From positions 2,864,170-2,928,169 of the forward strand of contig OZ244990.1 in the NCBI GenBank assembly GCA_965223205.1: 64,000 bases of DNA. Direction: 5' to 3'. This document shows positions 31,288 through 41,232 of this stretch, piece after piece. This DNA comes from Candidatus Eiseniibacteriota bacterium (GTDB taxonomy: Bacteria; Eisenbacteria; RBG-16-71-46; CAVPCR01; CBDCWB01). Positions within the stretch are counted from its first letter, which is position 1. Each line of letters starts with the position of its first letter. The position numbers and the translations under genes were made by a program. The notes beneath the pieces were generated by a model, which saw nothing but the letters and a program-made list of their open reading frames with translations, was not told where the DNA came from and did not search any database.

Positions 31288-32850
31288 ATGTCTGATGCAC
31301 GCGCGGTCCTCTGGGCCGACGATGAAATCGATCACCTCAGGCCCCACATTCTCTTCTTGGAGGAGCGGGGCATCCAAGTAACACCGGTCACCAACGGCGA
31401 GGACGCGGTGTCTATGTTCCATCAGCGGCGCTACGACGCCGTGCTGCTCGATGAGATGATGCCGGGCATGGGCGGCTTGGACACGCTCGAAGCCATCAAG
31501 GCCGTGAATCCTGATGTGCCGGTGGTGTTGATTACCAAGAGCGAGGAAGAGTCGCTCATGAACGACGCCATCGGCCGGCGCATCTCTGACTACCTCACCA
31601 AGCCGGTGAATCCCAGCCAGGTGTTTCTGGCGATCAAGCGGCTCCTGGAAGGCGTGGCGATCCAACAAGGGCACCTCACGCGGGACTTCGTGCAGGAATT
31701 CGCGCGGCTCCAGGCCACCGATACCGCCGCCCTCGATGCCAATGGCTGGATCGAGCTGTACGTCAAGATGACCGGTTGGGACTTGCGGCTCGAGGAAATG
31801 CGCGACGCCGGGCTAGACCAGTCGTACGCCGACCTCAAGAAGCAGTTGAACCATGTCTTCTGTCGCTACTACGAGACTCACTATCGCGATTGGATGGCGG
31901 CCAGCGGCGACCGGCCGGTGTTTTCGCCCGAGATCGTTTCAAAGTACGTGCAGCCGCATCTCTCTGCCGGCAAGCGGGTCTATCTGGTGGTGGTCGACTG
32001 CATGCGGCTGGATCAGTGGATGGCAGTGCAGCCGCTGCTGGCGCCCCTGTTCGATGTGACCAACGACTACTACTTCTCGATTGTTCCCAGTGCGACGCCG
32101 TACGCCAGAAACGCCATTTTCTCCGGCCTCTATCCGCTGGGCCTCTACCGCGACTACCCCGACTACTGGCAGGAGCGTCTGGTGGGCGAGGGGTCTAAGA
32201 ACCGATTTGAGGCCGAGCTGTTGAGCCTGCAACTCGAGCGCCTGGGGAACAAACCCCTGAGCCAGAAGTACGTCAAGATCTACAGCATGGAGGACGGTCA
32301 GGCCCTCGGCCGCCAGATCGAGAGCTTTCGGTCACTGGACGTGGTCGCCTTGGTGTTCAACTTTGTGGACATCTTTGCCCACGGGCGCAGTGAATCAGAA
32401 ATTCTGCGCGAGTTGGCCCCGGACGAGGCGGCGCTCCGCTCGGTAATGACCTCGTGGTTTGCGCACTCCACACTCCTCGAGGTGTTGCGCTCGATCGCCA
32501 GGCAACCCGACGCCGTGCTGGTCCTGACCACCGACCACGGCGCTACGATCGGCATGCGGTCGTCGCTGGTCTACGGCGACCGCACCACCTCCACCAACGT
32601 TCGCTACAAGTATGGCGACAATTTGAAGTGCGACGACAAGCAAGCGGTTCACGTCAACTCGCCCGAGGAGTTCAACCTGCCGGCAGATACGCTCAACAAG
32701 AACTACTTGCTCGCCAAAGAGGACTACTACTTCGTCTATCCCACGAACTACCACGACTACGAACGGCAGTACCGCGGTAGCATCCAGCACGGCGGCATCT
32801 CTTTGGAGGAGTTGGTGCTGCCCTGCGCCACGTTGGTGCCGCGCGCGTGA
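31288..32850 (+). CDS. Response regulator with CheY-like receiver fused to a PglZ (alkaline-phosphatase-superfamily) effector domain; PorX-like
   Basis: Receiver motifs (VLWADDE...VLLDEMMPGMGG...LTKP) followed by about 400 aa with PglZ hallmarks (VVVDCMRLDQW, PSATPYARNAIFSG, TTDHG). 12 nt downstream of the kinase gene. Confidence 0.8.
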   Translation: MSDARAVLWADDEIDHLRPHILFLEERGIQVTPVTNGEDAVSMFHQRRYDAVLLDEMMPGMGGLDTLEAIKAVNPDVPVVLITKSEEESLMNDAIGRRISDYLTKPVNPSQVFLAIKRLLEGVAIQQGHLTRDFVQEFARLQATDTAALDANGWIELYVKMTGWDLRLEEMRDAGLDQSYADLKKQLNHVFCRYYETHYRDWMAASGDRPVFSPEIVSKYVQPHLSAGKRVYLVVVDCMRLDQWMAVQPLLAPLFDVTNDYYFSIVPSATPYARNAIFSGLYPLGLYRDYPDYWQERLVGEGSKNRFEAELLSLQLERLGNKPLSQKYVKIYSMEDGQALGRQIESFRSLDVVALVFNFVDIFAHGRSESEILRELAPDEAALRSVMTSWFAHSTLLEVLRSIARQPDAVLVLTTDHGATIGMRSSLVYGDRTTSTNVRYKYGDNLKCDDKQAVHVNSPEEFNLPADTLNKNYLLAKEDYYFVYPTNYHDYERQYRGSIQHGGISLEELVLPCATLVPRA

Positions 32851-33353
32851 CCCGCACACGGCTCTGGGCGGGGCAAACGCACAGCGAGGCCGAGACCGAG
32901 GCGGCTGGCCGGCGTCTAGGTGAGCGGCTCGAGTCGCCGTGCGTATGGGTCTTGGAAGGCGATCTTGGCAGTGGTAAGAGCGTCTTGGCGCGCGGCGTGT
33001 TGCGCGGTCTCGGGGTCACCGGTGCTGTGCGCAGCCCGACGTTTACCTTGGCGATCCCATACGAGGCTCGCCTCGATGCCGTCCACATTGACCTCTACCG
33101 CCTGGAGTCGGTCGCCGCCATCCGCGCCGCCGGCCTCGATGAGTGGATGGACGGCCGCCAGGTGGCGCTCATCGAGTGGGGTGAGCGGGCGTTGCCCCTC
33201 GTGACACCGGAGGCCCTCTACACGCGTTTTGAGCATCAGGGCGGTGACGCCCGGCAGCTCGAGTTCGGAGTGCTGGGCGAAGCGGCAGCGCCCTGGCACC
33301 ACGCGCTAGGCGAAGCGATGGCGGGGATCGACGGTCGTGGTCTTAGGAATTGA
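32847..33353 (+). CDS. tsaE: tRNA threonylcarbamoyladenosine (t6A) biosynthesis ATPase TsaE
   Basis: P-loop GDLGSGKS, RSPTFTL and IDLYRL...IEWGE motifs of YjeE/TsaE. Confidence 0.85.
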   Translation: MTRTRLWAGQTHSEAETEAAGRRLGERLESPCVWVLEGDLGSGKSVLARGVLRGLGVTGAVRSPTFTLAIPYEARLDAVHIDLYRLESVAAIRAAGLDEWMDGRQVALIEWGERALPLVTPEALYTRFEHQGGDARQLEFGVLGEAAAPWHHALGEAMAGIDGRGLRN

Positions 33354-34053
33354 CACCTCTACCAGTCAGCTGGCACTCGGCCTCGTCCGAGACGGCGAGG
33401 TGGTTGCCGAGTGGCTGGTGATGGACGGGCTCAGGCACTGCGAGCGCCTGCAGAGCGGCGTTGCTACCCTGCTGGCTGACCTGGGGGCGGACGTCGGGGC
33501 ACTCACCGGAGTCGCGGTCGGCCAGGGACCGGGCTCGTTTACCGGCTTGAGGATCGGTGTGGCCGCCGCCCAGGGCTTGGCAACGGGGCGAGGGGTGCCG
33601 ATCGTTGGAGTGTCTTCGCTTGAGGCGTTAGCCCATCCGTGGCGGCGAACGCCGGGGAGTGTCGTCGCTTGCCTTGACGCGCGCCGGGGTGAGGTTTACG
33701 TTTGCGTGTATCATGCGTCGGAGTCGGGGCTTAGAGCGATTGGCCAGGAGCGGTTGGCAACGCCGGCGGATGGCCCGAGCCTCGTCGGCAGCGCCCCGCC
33801 GCCGGTGACGGTCATCGGCACCGGGGCGCCGCAGGTCGCCGCGGCCCTCGTTGAGAGCGGCATCGACGTCGTCGAACCCGGCGGGCCAGCTGATTATCCG
33901 CGCGGGGCGACGATCGCACAGCTGGGCGCCGGCCGTCTCGCGACTTCAACCCGAGGCCAAGCGCCCGTGGAACCCAACTATTGCCGGCCAAGCGATGCAG
34001 AAGGTCAGCCCAACGTGCCAACCGGTGTCGATCCGCCCCATGGCGGTCGATGA
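33337..34053 (+). CDS. tsaB: tRNA t6A biosynthesis protein TsaB (inactive Kae1/TsaD paralog)
   Basis: LGIDTSTS N-terminus and GPGSFTGLRIG motif; overlaps tsaE by 17 nt. Confidence 0.85.
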   Translation: MVLGIDTSTSQLALGLVRDGEVVAEWLVMDGLRHCERLQSGVATLLADLGADVGALTGVAVGQGPGSFTGLRIGVAAAQGLATGRGVPIVGVSSLEALAHPWRRTPGSVVACLDARRGEVYVCVYHASESGLRAIGQERLATPADGPSLVGSAPPPVTVIGTGAPQVAAALVESGIDVVEPGGPADYPRGATIAQLGAGRLATSTRGQAPVEPNYCRPSDAEGQPNVPTGVDPPHGGR

Positions 34054-34465
34054 TCTGCCGGGCGTGGTCGACCTCGAGGCCCGGGCCTTCCCTCAACCGT
34101 GGTCGCGCAAGTTCTTTGAAGCCGAACTGGCACGGCAGCACCCGCCAGGCTGGGTGTGGGTGGCAACGGCCGCCAGGGGTGGTCTGGCCGGCTACTTGGT
34201 GGCTTGGCTGATGGTGGACGAAGTGCACCTAGGGAACTTGGCGGTCGAGGAGGGTTGCCGCCGTCAAGGCGTGGCGGCCACGTTGCTCGGGTGCCTGGAG
34301 CGCGCTGCCCTGGAGCGGCGGGCAGCGGCGATCACCTTGGAGGTGCGCACGACCAACCGCGCGGCCCTTTGCCTCTACGCCCGCCATCGGTTTCGGCCGA
34401 TCGGCGTGCGGCGCGGCTACTATGGAGTGGGACGCGACGCGGTGGTCATGCTGCGCGAGCTTTGA
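34040..34465 (+). CDS. rimI: Ribosomal-protein-alanine N-acetyltransferase (GNAT)
   Basis: GNAT motif A (QGVAATLL...AAITLEVRTTNRAALCLYARHRF); conserved tsaE-tsaB-rimI gene order. Start at ATG for MAVDDLPG. Confidence 0.8.
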   Translation: MAVDDLPGVVDLEARAFPQPWSRKFFEAELARQHPPGWVWVATAARGGLAGYLVAWLMVDEVHLGNLAVEEGCRRQGVAATLLGCLERAALERRAAAITLEVRTTNRAALCLYARHRFRPIGVRRGYYGVGRDAVVMLREL

Positions 34466-34474
34466 GAGAGTCCG

Positions 34475-35467
34475 ATGTCCTGGTTCAAGAAAAAGCCCAA
34501 CTTCGGTTTTAGCATTCGCAAGCGAGAAGCCCCGGACGGGCTTTGGCTCAAGTGTGAAAACTGCAGCGAGATGCTCTACGCCCGCGAGCTGGAGCGGGCC
34601 TTGCGCGTCTGCGACAAGTGTGGCCACCACTTCAAGATCCGCTGCACCGACTATGTGACTCTCCTGGCCGACCCCGATTCCTTTGCAGAAATGTTCGCCG
34701 GGGTGGTCGCGGTCGATCCACTCAACTTTCGTGATTCCAAGCGTTACACCGATCGCCTGAAGGACTACCGTAAGCGAACCCAGCTCGAGGAGTCGGTGCT
34801 AACCGGTGCCGCCCAGCTCGCTGGGCACAGAATTGGGCTAGGCGTGATGGACTTCGCTTTCATGGGCGGCACGCTGGGCTCGGCTACCGGCGAGCGCTTG
34901 AAGCGGCTGATCGATTGGTGCACAGAGGCCCCTTGCCCCCTGGTCTTGGTGTCGACCTCGGGCGGGGCCCGCATGCAAGAGGGCATCCTGTCGCTCATGC
35001 AAATGGCCAAGACGTCCGTCGCCCTGGCGCACCTGCGTGCCGCCCGCCAGCCATTCATTTCGATTCTCTTGAATCCGACCACGGCCGGGGTGGCGGCGAG
35101 CTACGCCAGCCTTGGGGACGTCATCATCGCCGAGCCGCGGGCCCAGATTGGCTTTGCTGGACCGCGGGTGATTCAGCAGACCATCAACCAGGACTTGCCC
35201 GAGGGTTTTCAAACCGCTGAATTCGTGCTGGAACACGGCATGATCGACATGATTGTACCCCGCTCCGAAATGCGCGACACCGTCGGCAGAGTGCTGGACA
35301 TGCTCCTGGTGCCTCAACGGACGATCGAACTCGAAACCGCGGCGGTCAACGGCGACCGGCCGCCAGCCGATGCCGCCGGGACCGACGTCGCCGCCGGCGA
35401 CTCCACCGAGCCGGCGCCGTTGGGTGATGGTGAGGTGCCCCAAGCGGAGTCATCCACCCCTGAATGA
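34475..35467 (+). CDS. accD: Acetyl-CoA carboxylase carboxyltransferase beta subunit
   Basis: N-terminal zinc ribbon (CENCSEMLY...CDKCGHH) and carboxyltransferase motifs (MDFAFMGGTLGSATGE). Confidence 0.9.
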   Translation: MSWFKKKPNFGFSIRKREAPDGLWLKCENCSEMLYARELERALRVCDKCGHHFKIRCTDYVTLLADPDSFAEMFAGVVAVDPLNFRDSKRYTDRLKDYRKRTQLEESVLTGAAQLAGHRIGLGVMDFAFMGGTLGSATGERLKRLIDWCTEAPCPLVLVSTSGGARMQEGILSLMQMAKTSVALAHLRAARQPFISILLNPTTAGVAASYASLGDVIIAEPRAQIGFAGPRVIQQTINQDLPEGFQTAEFVLEHGMIDMIVPRSEMRDTVGRVLDMLLVPQRTIELETAAVNGDRPPADAAGTDVAAGDSTEPAPLGDGEVPQAESSTPE

Positions 35468-36741
35468 CCGCTGGTCGCCGCTACCTGGAAGCGCTCATGA
35501 CCAGCGAGCGCAGTGGGTTGAAGTTGGGATTGAGCCGCTTTCGGCGCGTTCTCCGAGACCTCGACCACCCCGAGCGGCGGTTCCGCACGCTGATCGTCGG
35601 CGGCACCAACGGCAAGGGGTCAGTCGCCGCCATGTTGGCGTGCATGATGAGAGCGGCTGGCTACCGGACCGGACTGTTGACCAGCCCGCATCTGTTGGGC
35701 TACCGGGAACGGATTCGCGTCGACGGTCGGGCGATCAGCCGCGCCCAAGTAGACCGCGACATGGATTATCTGTTGCCCTACGTCCAGCGTCACGGCGCTT
35801 CCTTCTTTGAGACGATGACGGGCTTGGCATTCGTGCACTTTGCTGCCGAAGGCGTCCAGGCGGCGGTGCTCGAGGTGGGGCTGGGGGGGCGCCTCGACGC
35901 TACGAACGTCACCCGGCCGCTGGTCGCGACCGTCGTCTCGGTCGGCATGGACCACACGAGGATTTTGGGATCGACGGTGGCGTCGATCGCCCGCGAAAAG
36001 GTGGCCATCGCCCGGTCCGGCCGGCCGCTGGTAGTCGGTGCCCGCGGCGTGGCCGGCGTCGAACTCGAGCGCTTGGGCCGGGCGCGCGGCGCGCGCGTCG
36101 AGCGGCTCGGCCAGGACGCCCATTTTCGCCTGACCCAGGCCGAGCCTCGACGGCTGCGCGTTGAACTCGATCGCCAGGGTCGCCGCTATGGCGCTTGGCT
36201 GAGCATGGCTGGCCGCCACCAGGGCCGCAACGCTGCCACCGCGATGTTGGCGGCGGCGGCGGCCCACGATTCCGGGCTCCCCCAACCCGAGATCGGCCGA
36301 GGGCTCGACCAGGTGGTCTGGCCGGGCCGCCTGCAGTGGATCGACTCGACCCCCCCCGTTCTCCTGGACAGTGCGCACAACGCCGCCGGGAGTCGGGTGT
36401 TGGCCGACTACCTGGCCGAATTCTTGGCTGATCGACGCATTCTTTGCGTTCTCGGTCTCTTGGCTCGGAAGCGGCTCAGGAGTTTTCTGGCGCCGCTCTT
36501 GCCGCACATCGCCGAGTGGATCGTGACCGAGCCCGCCGGCGACCGCGCCCATCCTCGTGCCGACATCGCCCGGGCACTGCCGGCCGAGGCCCGCCAGACG
36601 GACACGCCGAGCGTTGCGACGGCGTTGGAGTTGGCCCAGTGTCACGCCGGCCCGCGGGATGTCGTTTTGGTGGCAGGATCGCTCCGGGTGGTCGCCGAGG
36701 CGCTCAGGGCGCTCGGCCGGCGCCGCTTCGAGCTGATCTAG
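35464..36741 (+). CDS. folC: Bifunctional folylpolyglutamate synthase / dihydrofolate synthase
   Basis: Mur-ligase-type P-loop (VGGTNGKGSV) and EVGLGGRLDATNV motif; classic accD-folC adjacency with 4-nt overlap. Confidence 0.85.
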   Translation: MTAGRRYLEALMTSERSGLKLGLSRFRRVLRDLDHPERRFRTLIVGGTNGKGSVAAMLACMMRAAGYRTGLLTSPHLLGYRERIRVDGRAISRAQVDRDMDYLLPYVQRHGASFFETMTGLAFVHFAAEGVQAAVLEVGLGGRLDATNVTRPLVATVVSVGMDHTRILGSTVASIAREKVAIARSGRPLVVGARGVAGVELERLGRARGARVERLGQDAHFRLTQAEPRRLRVELDRQGRRYGAWLSMAGRHQGRNAATAMLAAAAAHDSGLPQPEIGRGLDQVVWPGRLQWIDSTPPVLLDSAHNAAGSRVLADYLAEFLADRRILCVLGLLARKRLRSFLAPLLPHIAEWIVTEPAGDRAHPRADIARALPAEARQTDTPSVATALELAQCHAGPRDVVLVAGSLRVVAEALRALGRRRFELI

Positions 36742-36769
36742 CCGGCACCCATCGGGTAGGCTGCGCGGT

Positions 36770-37744
36770 ATGGCAGAGGCTTTGGCAGTCGGCATCGATC
36801 TGGGGGGGACCCGCACCAAGCTGGCCTTGGTTGGCGCCGAGAGCGGCGTGCGCGCTCAGGGGGTCGCCGACACCCGAGTCGGGGCGGGTGCAACCACCAT
36901 CGTCGCTGGAGCGCTGGCTGCGGCGCGCCAGCTCATCGACCAGGCTGGAGTCGAGCCGCAGAGTGTGGCCGCTGTCGGCGTTGGGGTCGCCGGCTTGTTG
37001 GACTCCACCACGGGCGTGGTTGCCACGGCTCCCAACTTGGCCGACTTTGTCGGGTTGTCGATCACCGATTGTGTAGCGGTGGGGTTGGACGACGCGCTCG
37101 GCGTCCAGCGACCGATTATCGCCGACAATGACGCGACGGCTGCCGCTTTCGCTGAAGCGCGAATGGGGGCTGGGGTTGGGGCGGCGCTTCTGGTCGGCGT
37201 CACGCTCGGCACCGGCGTCGGTGGCGGGCTCGTGGTTGGGGGACAACCGCTGCGCGGTGCCCGCGGCATGGCCGGCGAGATCGGCCACATGGAACTCGTC
37301 CCCGGCGGCCGGGCGTGCGGGTGCGGGCGGCGCGGCTGCTTGGAGCCCTACGTCAACGCCCAGGCACTGACCGCCGGAGCGCTGGAGTTGGGCGAGCCAG
37401 CCGTGCGCGCGCGCTTTGGGGCGGCGGGACCCTCGGCCCGCGCCGTCGGTGAAGCGGCGGCAGTTGGAGAACCCTGGGCCACTACCGTGTTGAGTCAAGT
37501 GGGCGAGCGGTTGGGTCAGGGATTGGCGCGCGCCGTCTGCCTTTTGAACCCGGATCGCATTGTGGTGGGGGGCGGCGTCGCTCTAGCGGGGGCCCCACTG
37601 TTCGATGCCGCCCGACGGACCTTGGCGGCGGGCACCTTCGAGCCCCTGGCAACGCATGTGCAACTCGTGAGTGCCAAGCTATTGGATTCGGCCGGCGCGA
37701 TTGGCGCCGCATTGTTGGCGTTGGAGCACTCGTGCGCTGGCTGA
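36770..37744 (+). CDS. ROK-family sugar kinase (glucokinase / N-acetylglucosamine kinase-like)
   Basis: DLGGT ATP-binding motif and ROK zinc signature CGCGRRGCLE. Confidence 0.8.
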   Translation: MAEALAVGIDLGGTRTKLALVGAESGVRAQGVADTRVGAGATTIVAGALAAARQLIDQAGVEPQSVAAVGVGVAGLLDSTTGVVATAPNLADFVGLSITDCVAVGLDDALGVQRPIIADNDATAAAFAEARMGAGVGAALLVGVTLGTGVGGGLVVGGQPLRGARGMAGEIGHMELVPGGRACGCGRRGCLEPYVNAQALTAGALELGEPAVRARFGAAGPSARAVGEAAAVGEPWATTVLSQVGERLGQGLARAVCLLNPDRIVVGGGVALAGAPLFDAARRTLAAGTFEPLATHVQLVSAKLLDSAGAIGAALLALEHSCAG

Positions 37745-40700
37745 CCGCCCTGGTGGTGGCGGTGGTGATGTGGATGGCTCCGCATCCCAGCTGGAGCCAG
37801 GCGGCCGAGCCCTCCCGGGAATTCGACGGACCGACCCAGGTCGACGGCGACAAGCTTGAGCAGGTGCAAGAGGACGGGCGGCCCATCCTCTTGGTCAAGA
37901 GTGTGCGCCTGCGCCAGGGCACGACGGCGGTGACCGGTAAGGTCGGGCGTTTTGACCGACTCAACCAGTGGCTGACCATCGACGGAGATGTGCGGATTGT
38001 CGAGGGCGCCACGACCATCCGCGGCGAGCGCGCCACCTACGACCTGCGCACGCGACAGGCCACCGTCACCGGCGACGTGGAAATCGAGGAGGCCGGAGTC
38101 ACCGTTCAAGCGCCGCGCGCCCGCTACGACCGGGATACGGCGATCACCCGCCTGGGGGGTGGGGTTCGCGTCGAAGGGCTCGAGGGCGGCCGCCAGGTGG
38201 ACGCCGACAGCCTAGTGTTCGAGTCAACCACTGGCCGGGTCGAGGCCTACGGTGACGTAGTTATCGAGGACCCTGACGAGCAGGCCCTGGTGCGCGGTCA
38301 AAGGGCGGTTTATGAACGCGGCTCGGGCGACTTGGACGTTACCGACCGCGCCAGCATGCAGCTCTCCCAGCGGGGTCAACCGGTGTTGGTGACCGCCGAT
38401 AGCCTCTGCTTTCTGCGGCAATCAGACGTTGTCGAAGCGCGCGGCGGCGTGCGCGTGCAGCAGGGGTTGACCGAGGCGTATGCTGGCTTCGCTCGCTTTG
38501 AAGAGCGTCAAGAGCGGGCCTTCTTGACCGATTCGCCCCTCGCCCTGAGTTCCACCGGAGTGGTGCGCGGCGACACATTGCACCTCCGCATGCGCCAGGA
38601 TGCCATCGAGCAGGTGATCGCCGTCGGTGACGCTCGGGCCATCTATGAATCGGCAAAGCCGGCCGCTGGGGATGCGCCGCCGTCGCGCGACGTCATGCGT
38701 TTGGTTGGGGATACCCTATGGCTGCGGGTGGTCGACGGTGAGGCCGACGAAGTGCGCGCTGTCGGCCAGGCCGAGACCGTCTATGAGCCCACCGGCGCCG
38801 GTGGCGCCCGCCTGAATCGCGCCCGCGGGGAGCGTATCCGCTTGCTCCTGGATCGCGGCGAACCGTATCAGGCGATTGTCGAGGGGGATGCCACCGGTAC
38901 CTACTATTTCGCGGCGGCCGCCGACACGGCCGACAGTCTGGTCAGCGGTGTGCCCGGAGTCGTCGATTCGGTCACCGCGTTAGGGTCTCCAGCTCGGTTG
39001 GGTGGTACCAGGGATCAGTTTCTTGGGGCGGCAGCCGTTCCAGACTCGTCGGTCGAAGAAGTGCAGTACTCGGCGCGGCGCATGACCTACCTGGCCGAAC
39101 GCGGCGAGCTACGGCTCGAAGAGGAGGCGGTGGTCGAGTATCAGGCGTCGACCTTGCGCGCCGGCCAGATCCGTTTCCAGGCCGAGGAGCGGCTCTTGGT
39201 GGCGACCGAAAGTCCCGAACTGACCGAAGGCGCAGACGTCATCGATGGCGATCTGATGACCTACGATCTGGACACGCGGGTCGGCCAGGTGCACACCGGC
39301 GTCACCGAATTCGAGCGCGGCATCTACCGCGGCGCCAAGCTGGAACGCAGCCCCGACAACGTCTTCTACGTCGAGGACGGGGCCTACACCACGTGCGACT
39401 TGGATGAGCCGCACTACCACTTTGCCAGCCGCCAGATGAAGCTGTACCTGGGTGACAAGGCCGTCGCCAAGCCGCTGGTCCTGCATGCCGGCCGCGTCCC
39501 GATTTTGGCCCTGCCGTTCTACATGTTTCCCATCAACAAGGGCCGCCAGTCCGGCCTCTTAGTGCCGCGCATCGAGTTCGGGGTCTCGGACAGAACGGGA
39601 CGTTTCGTCCGTAATGCCGGGTACTATTGGGTGATCAACGACTACGCCGACCTCGAAGCCTTCGCTGACCTCAATGAGCATTCGCCGTTCTTCGTGGCCA
39701 ACAGCCGGTTTCGCTACCACGTCCGCTACATGATGCGCGGCGAGATATCCGCCAGCTCCAGCTTTGGCGAGGCCAACCGCGACTGGGATGTCGAGGGCGA
39801 TTGGCGGACCTTAGAGGGGTTGCCGCGCTTCAGTGCCAACATCGACTTCTTGTCGCGGCGTTCCTTCCGCCAGGACGCTCAGAGCCTGCTCGAGTCCAAC
39901 CGCCTGGACACCGAGCTGCGCACCAACCTCACCTACGAAAAGGCCTTCGAATCGGGCACCAGCCTGACGGTCTCCAGCGAGCGCGTGCAGCGCCTGCAGG
40001 ATGCTTCCGGGGCGACCCTGGCCGGCTCCGGGGTGGTGACCGGGGTGGCGCCGTCGGTGGCCCTGTCGTTTGCGCCCCGGACCCTCGGCGGGCCACCCGA
40101 CGCCAAGGGGCGCGGTGGTCGCTGGCCATGGCTAGCCTCGACGAGCTACAGCTTCCGCGCCGCCGCTCGCAACACCTATGACAGTCGCCGACCGGACTCG
40201 CGGTACCTGCGGACGGCCGATGGCTCCGCGAGCTTGAGCGACGCGCGTGCGCTCGGCTACCTGCGCCTGGTGCCGTCCGTGGGCGCCAGCGCCACGTACG
40301 TGGAGCGTACCGAGTCGCTGGTCGATGGAATCCAAGTGCCGGGTATCGGGCACGTCGTGACCGGCGGGGTCACCTACGGTTTGCAGCTCAGAACCGAGGT
40401 GTTTGGTCGCTGGCGGCCGCGGCTTGGGCCCTACCACGGTTTCCGCCACGTCATCACCCCGTCGGCCGGCTTTTCTCACACGCGGCCCTTTGACTCGCGA
40501 CGCGACCTCCTAGTGGAACCCGAGCCGTTCTCGTCTCTGTCGCTACGCCTGGGCAATCGCCTCGAGACTCGGCTTGGGGAACCGGGAGAGTTCCGCGTGC
40601 ATCGCGACTTTCTCACCTTCAACCTCACGACTAGCTACGATGTCGATGGCCGCTCCGCCCGTCGGTTTTCGGACATCAATCTAAGCGGCCGCTTCGTCCC

Positions 40701-41232
40701 TTGGACCGGTGTTCCGGGTATGAACTTTTCTCTGCGCTACGACCCCTATGAGCGCCGGAACGAGCAGTACTCCACCGATCTGCGCTTTGAGTTCACCAGG
40801 CGGCCAAAAACCACCGACTCGGAGGCCCCGGTGCTCGACTCCGAGGCCCCGGTGCTCGACTCCGAGGAGCCCGAAGAAGAAGTCGAACCTGTCGCGCAAG
40901 CTGTGTTCCCATCGCGATTTACGCTGAGTGGTTCGTTCAGCTTCGCGGGCGGAGGTGGTAGCGCCAAACATCTGCAGACCACCTCGACCATGCGCTTCAA
41001 CCTGACTCCGAAGTGGAACCTGTACTACTCAGTGACCATTGACCCACTCGAACGCTCCATCGTATCGCAGCGCTACAACATCGTCCGTGACTTGCATTGT
41101 TGGGAGGCGCGGTTTAGCCGCGCCTTTTCCGGCAACCGCTGGGAGTATTCGTTCCGGATCGCGGCGCGCGATCTACCCGACTTGTTCTACGAAAAGACCT
41201 CGGGAGTGACCCGTCAATCCAGCTTGTTCTAG
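37732..41232 (+). CDS. lptD: LPS-assembly protein LptD (OstA family), unusually large (1166 aa)
   Basis: Signal peptide, extended N-terminal region of repeated OstA/LptA-like beta-jellyroll segments, then beta-barrel region with LptD-like segment ILALPFYMFPINKGRQSGLLVPRIEFG. Assignment by motif resemblance. Confidence 0.75.
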   Translation: MRWLTALVVAVVMWMAPHPSWSQAAEPSREFDGPTQVDGDKLEQVQEDGRPILLVKSVRLRQGTTAVTGKVGRFDRLNQWLTIDGDVRIVEGATTIRGERATYDLRTRQATVTGDVEIEEAGVTVQAPRARYDRDTAITRLGGGVRVEGLEGGRQVDADSLVFESTTGRVEAYGDVVIEDPDEQALVRGQRAVYERGSGDLDVTDRASMQLSQRGQPVLVTADSLCFLRQSDVVEARGGVRVQQGLTEAYAGFARFEERQERAFLTDSPLALSSTGVVRGDTLHLRMRQDAIEQVIAVGDARAIYESAKPAAGDAPPSRDVMRLVGDTLWLRVVDGEADEVRAVGQAETVYEPTGAGGARLNRARGERIRLLLDRGEPYQAIVEGDATGTYYFAAAADTADSLVSGVPGVVDSVTALGSPARLGGTRDQFLGAAAVPDSSVEEVQYSARRMTYLAERGELRLEEEAVVEYQASTLRAGQIRFQAEERLLVATESPELTEGADVIDGDLMTYDLDTRVGQVHTGVTEFERGIYRGAKLERSPDNVFYVEDGAYTTCDLDEPHYHFASRQMKLYLGDKAVAKPLVLHAGRVPILALPFYMFPINKGRQSGLLVPRIEFGVSDRTGRFVRNAGYYWVINDYADLEAFADLNEHSPFFVANSRFRYHVRYMMRGEISASSSFGEANRDWDVEGDWRTLEGLPRFSANIDFLSRRSFRQDAQSLLESNRLDTELRTNLTYEKAFESGTSLTVSSERVQRLQDASGATLAGSGVVTGVAPSVALSFAPRTLGGPPDAKGRGGRWPWLASTSYSFRAAARNTYDSRRPDSRYLRTADGSASLSDARALGYLRLVPSVGASATYVERTESLVDGIQVPGIGHVVTGGVTYGLQLRTEVFGRWRPRLGPYHGFRHVITPSAGFSHTRPFDSRRDLLVEPEPFSSLSLRLGNRLETRLGEPGEFRVHRDFLTFNLTTSYDVDGRSARRFSDINLSGRFVPWTGVPGMNFSLRYDPYERRNEQYSTDLRFEFTRRPKTTDSEAPVLDSEAPVLDSEEPEEEVEPVAQAVFPSRFTLSGSFSFAGGGGSAKHLQTTSTMRFNLTPKWNLYYSVTIDPLERSIVSQRYNIVRDLHCWEARFSRAFSGNRWEYSFRIAARDLPDLFYEKTSGVTRQSSLF
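40816..40870 (+). repeat. In-frame 21-bp tandem direct repeat (2.6 copies) inside lptD encoding (DSEAPVL)x2-DSEE
   Basis: gactcggaggccccggtgctc / gactccgaggccccggtgctc / gactccgaggagc read directly from the sequence. Confidence 0.8.

Noticed and set aside
35620-36819. 399-aa - strand ORF
   Set aside because: Antisense to folC, which carries the Mur-ligase P-loop; artefact.
40816-40870. Tandem direct repeats as a possible CRISPR array
   Set aside because: Only 2.6 copies of a 21-bp unit with no spacers, in frame inside lptD; a coding microsatellite, not CRISPR.
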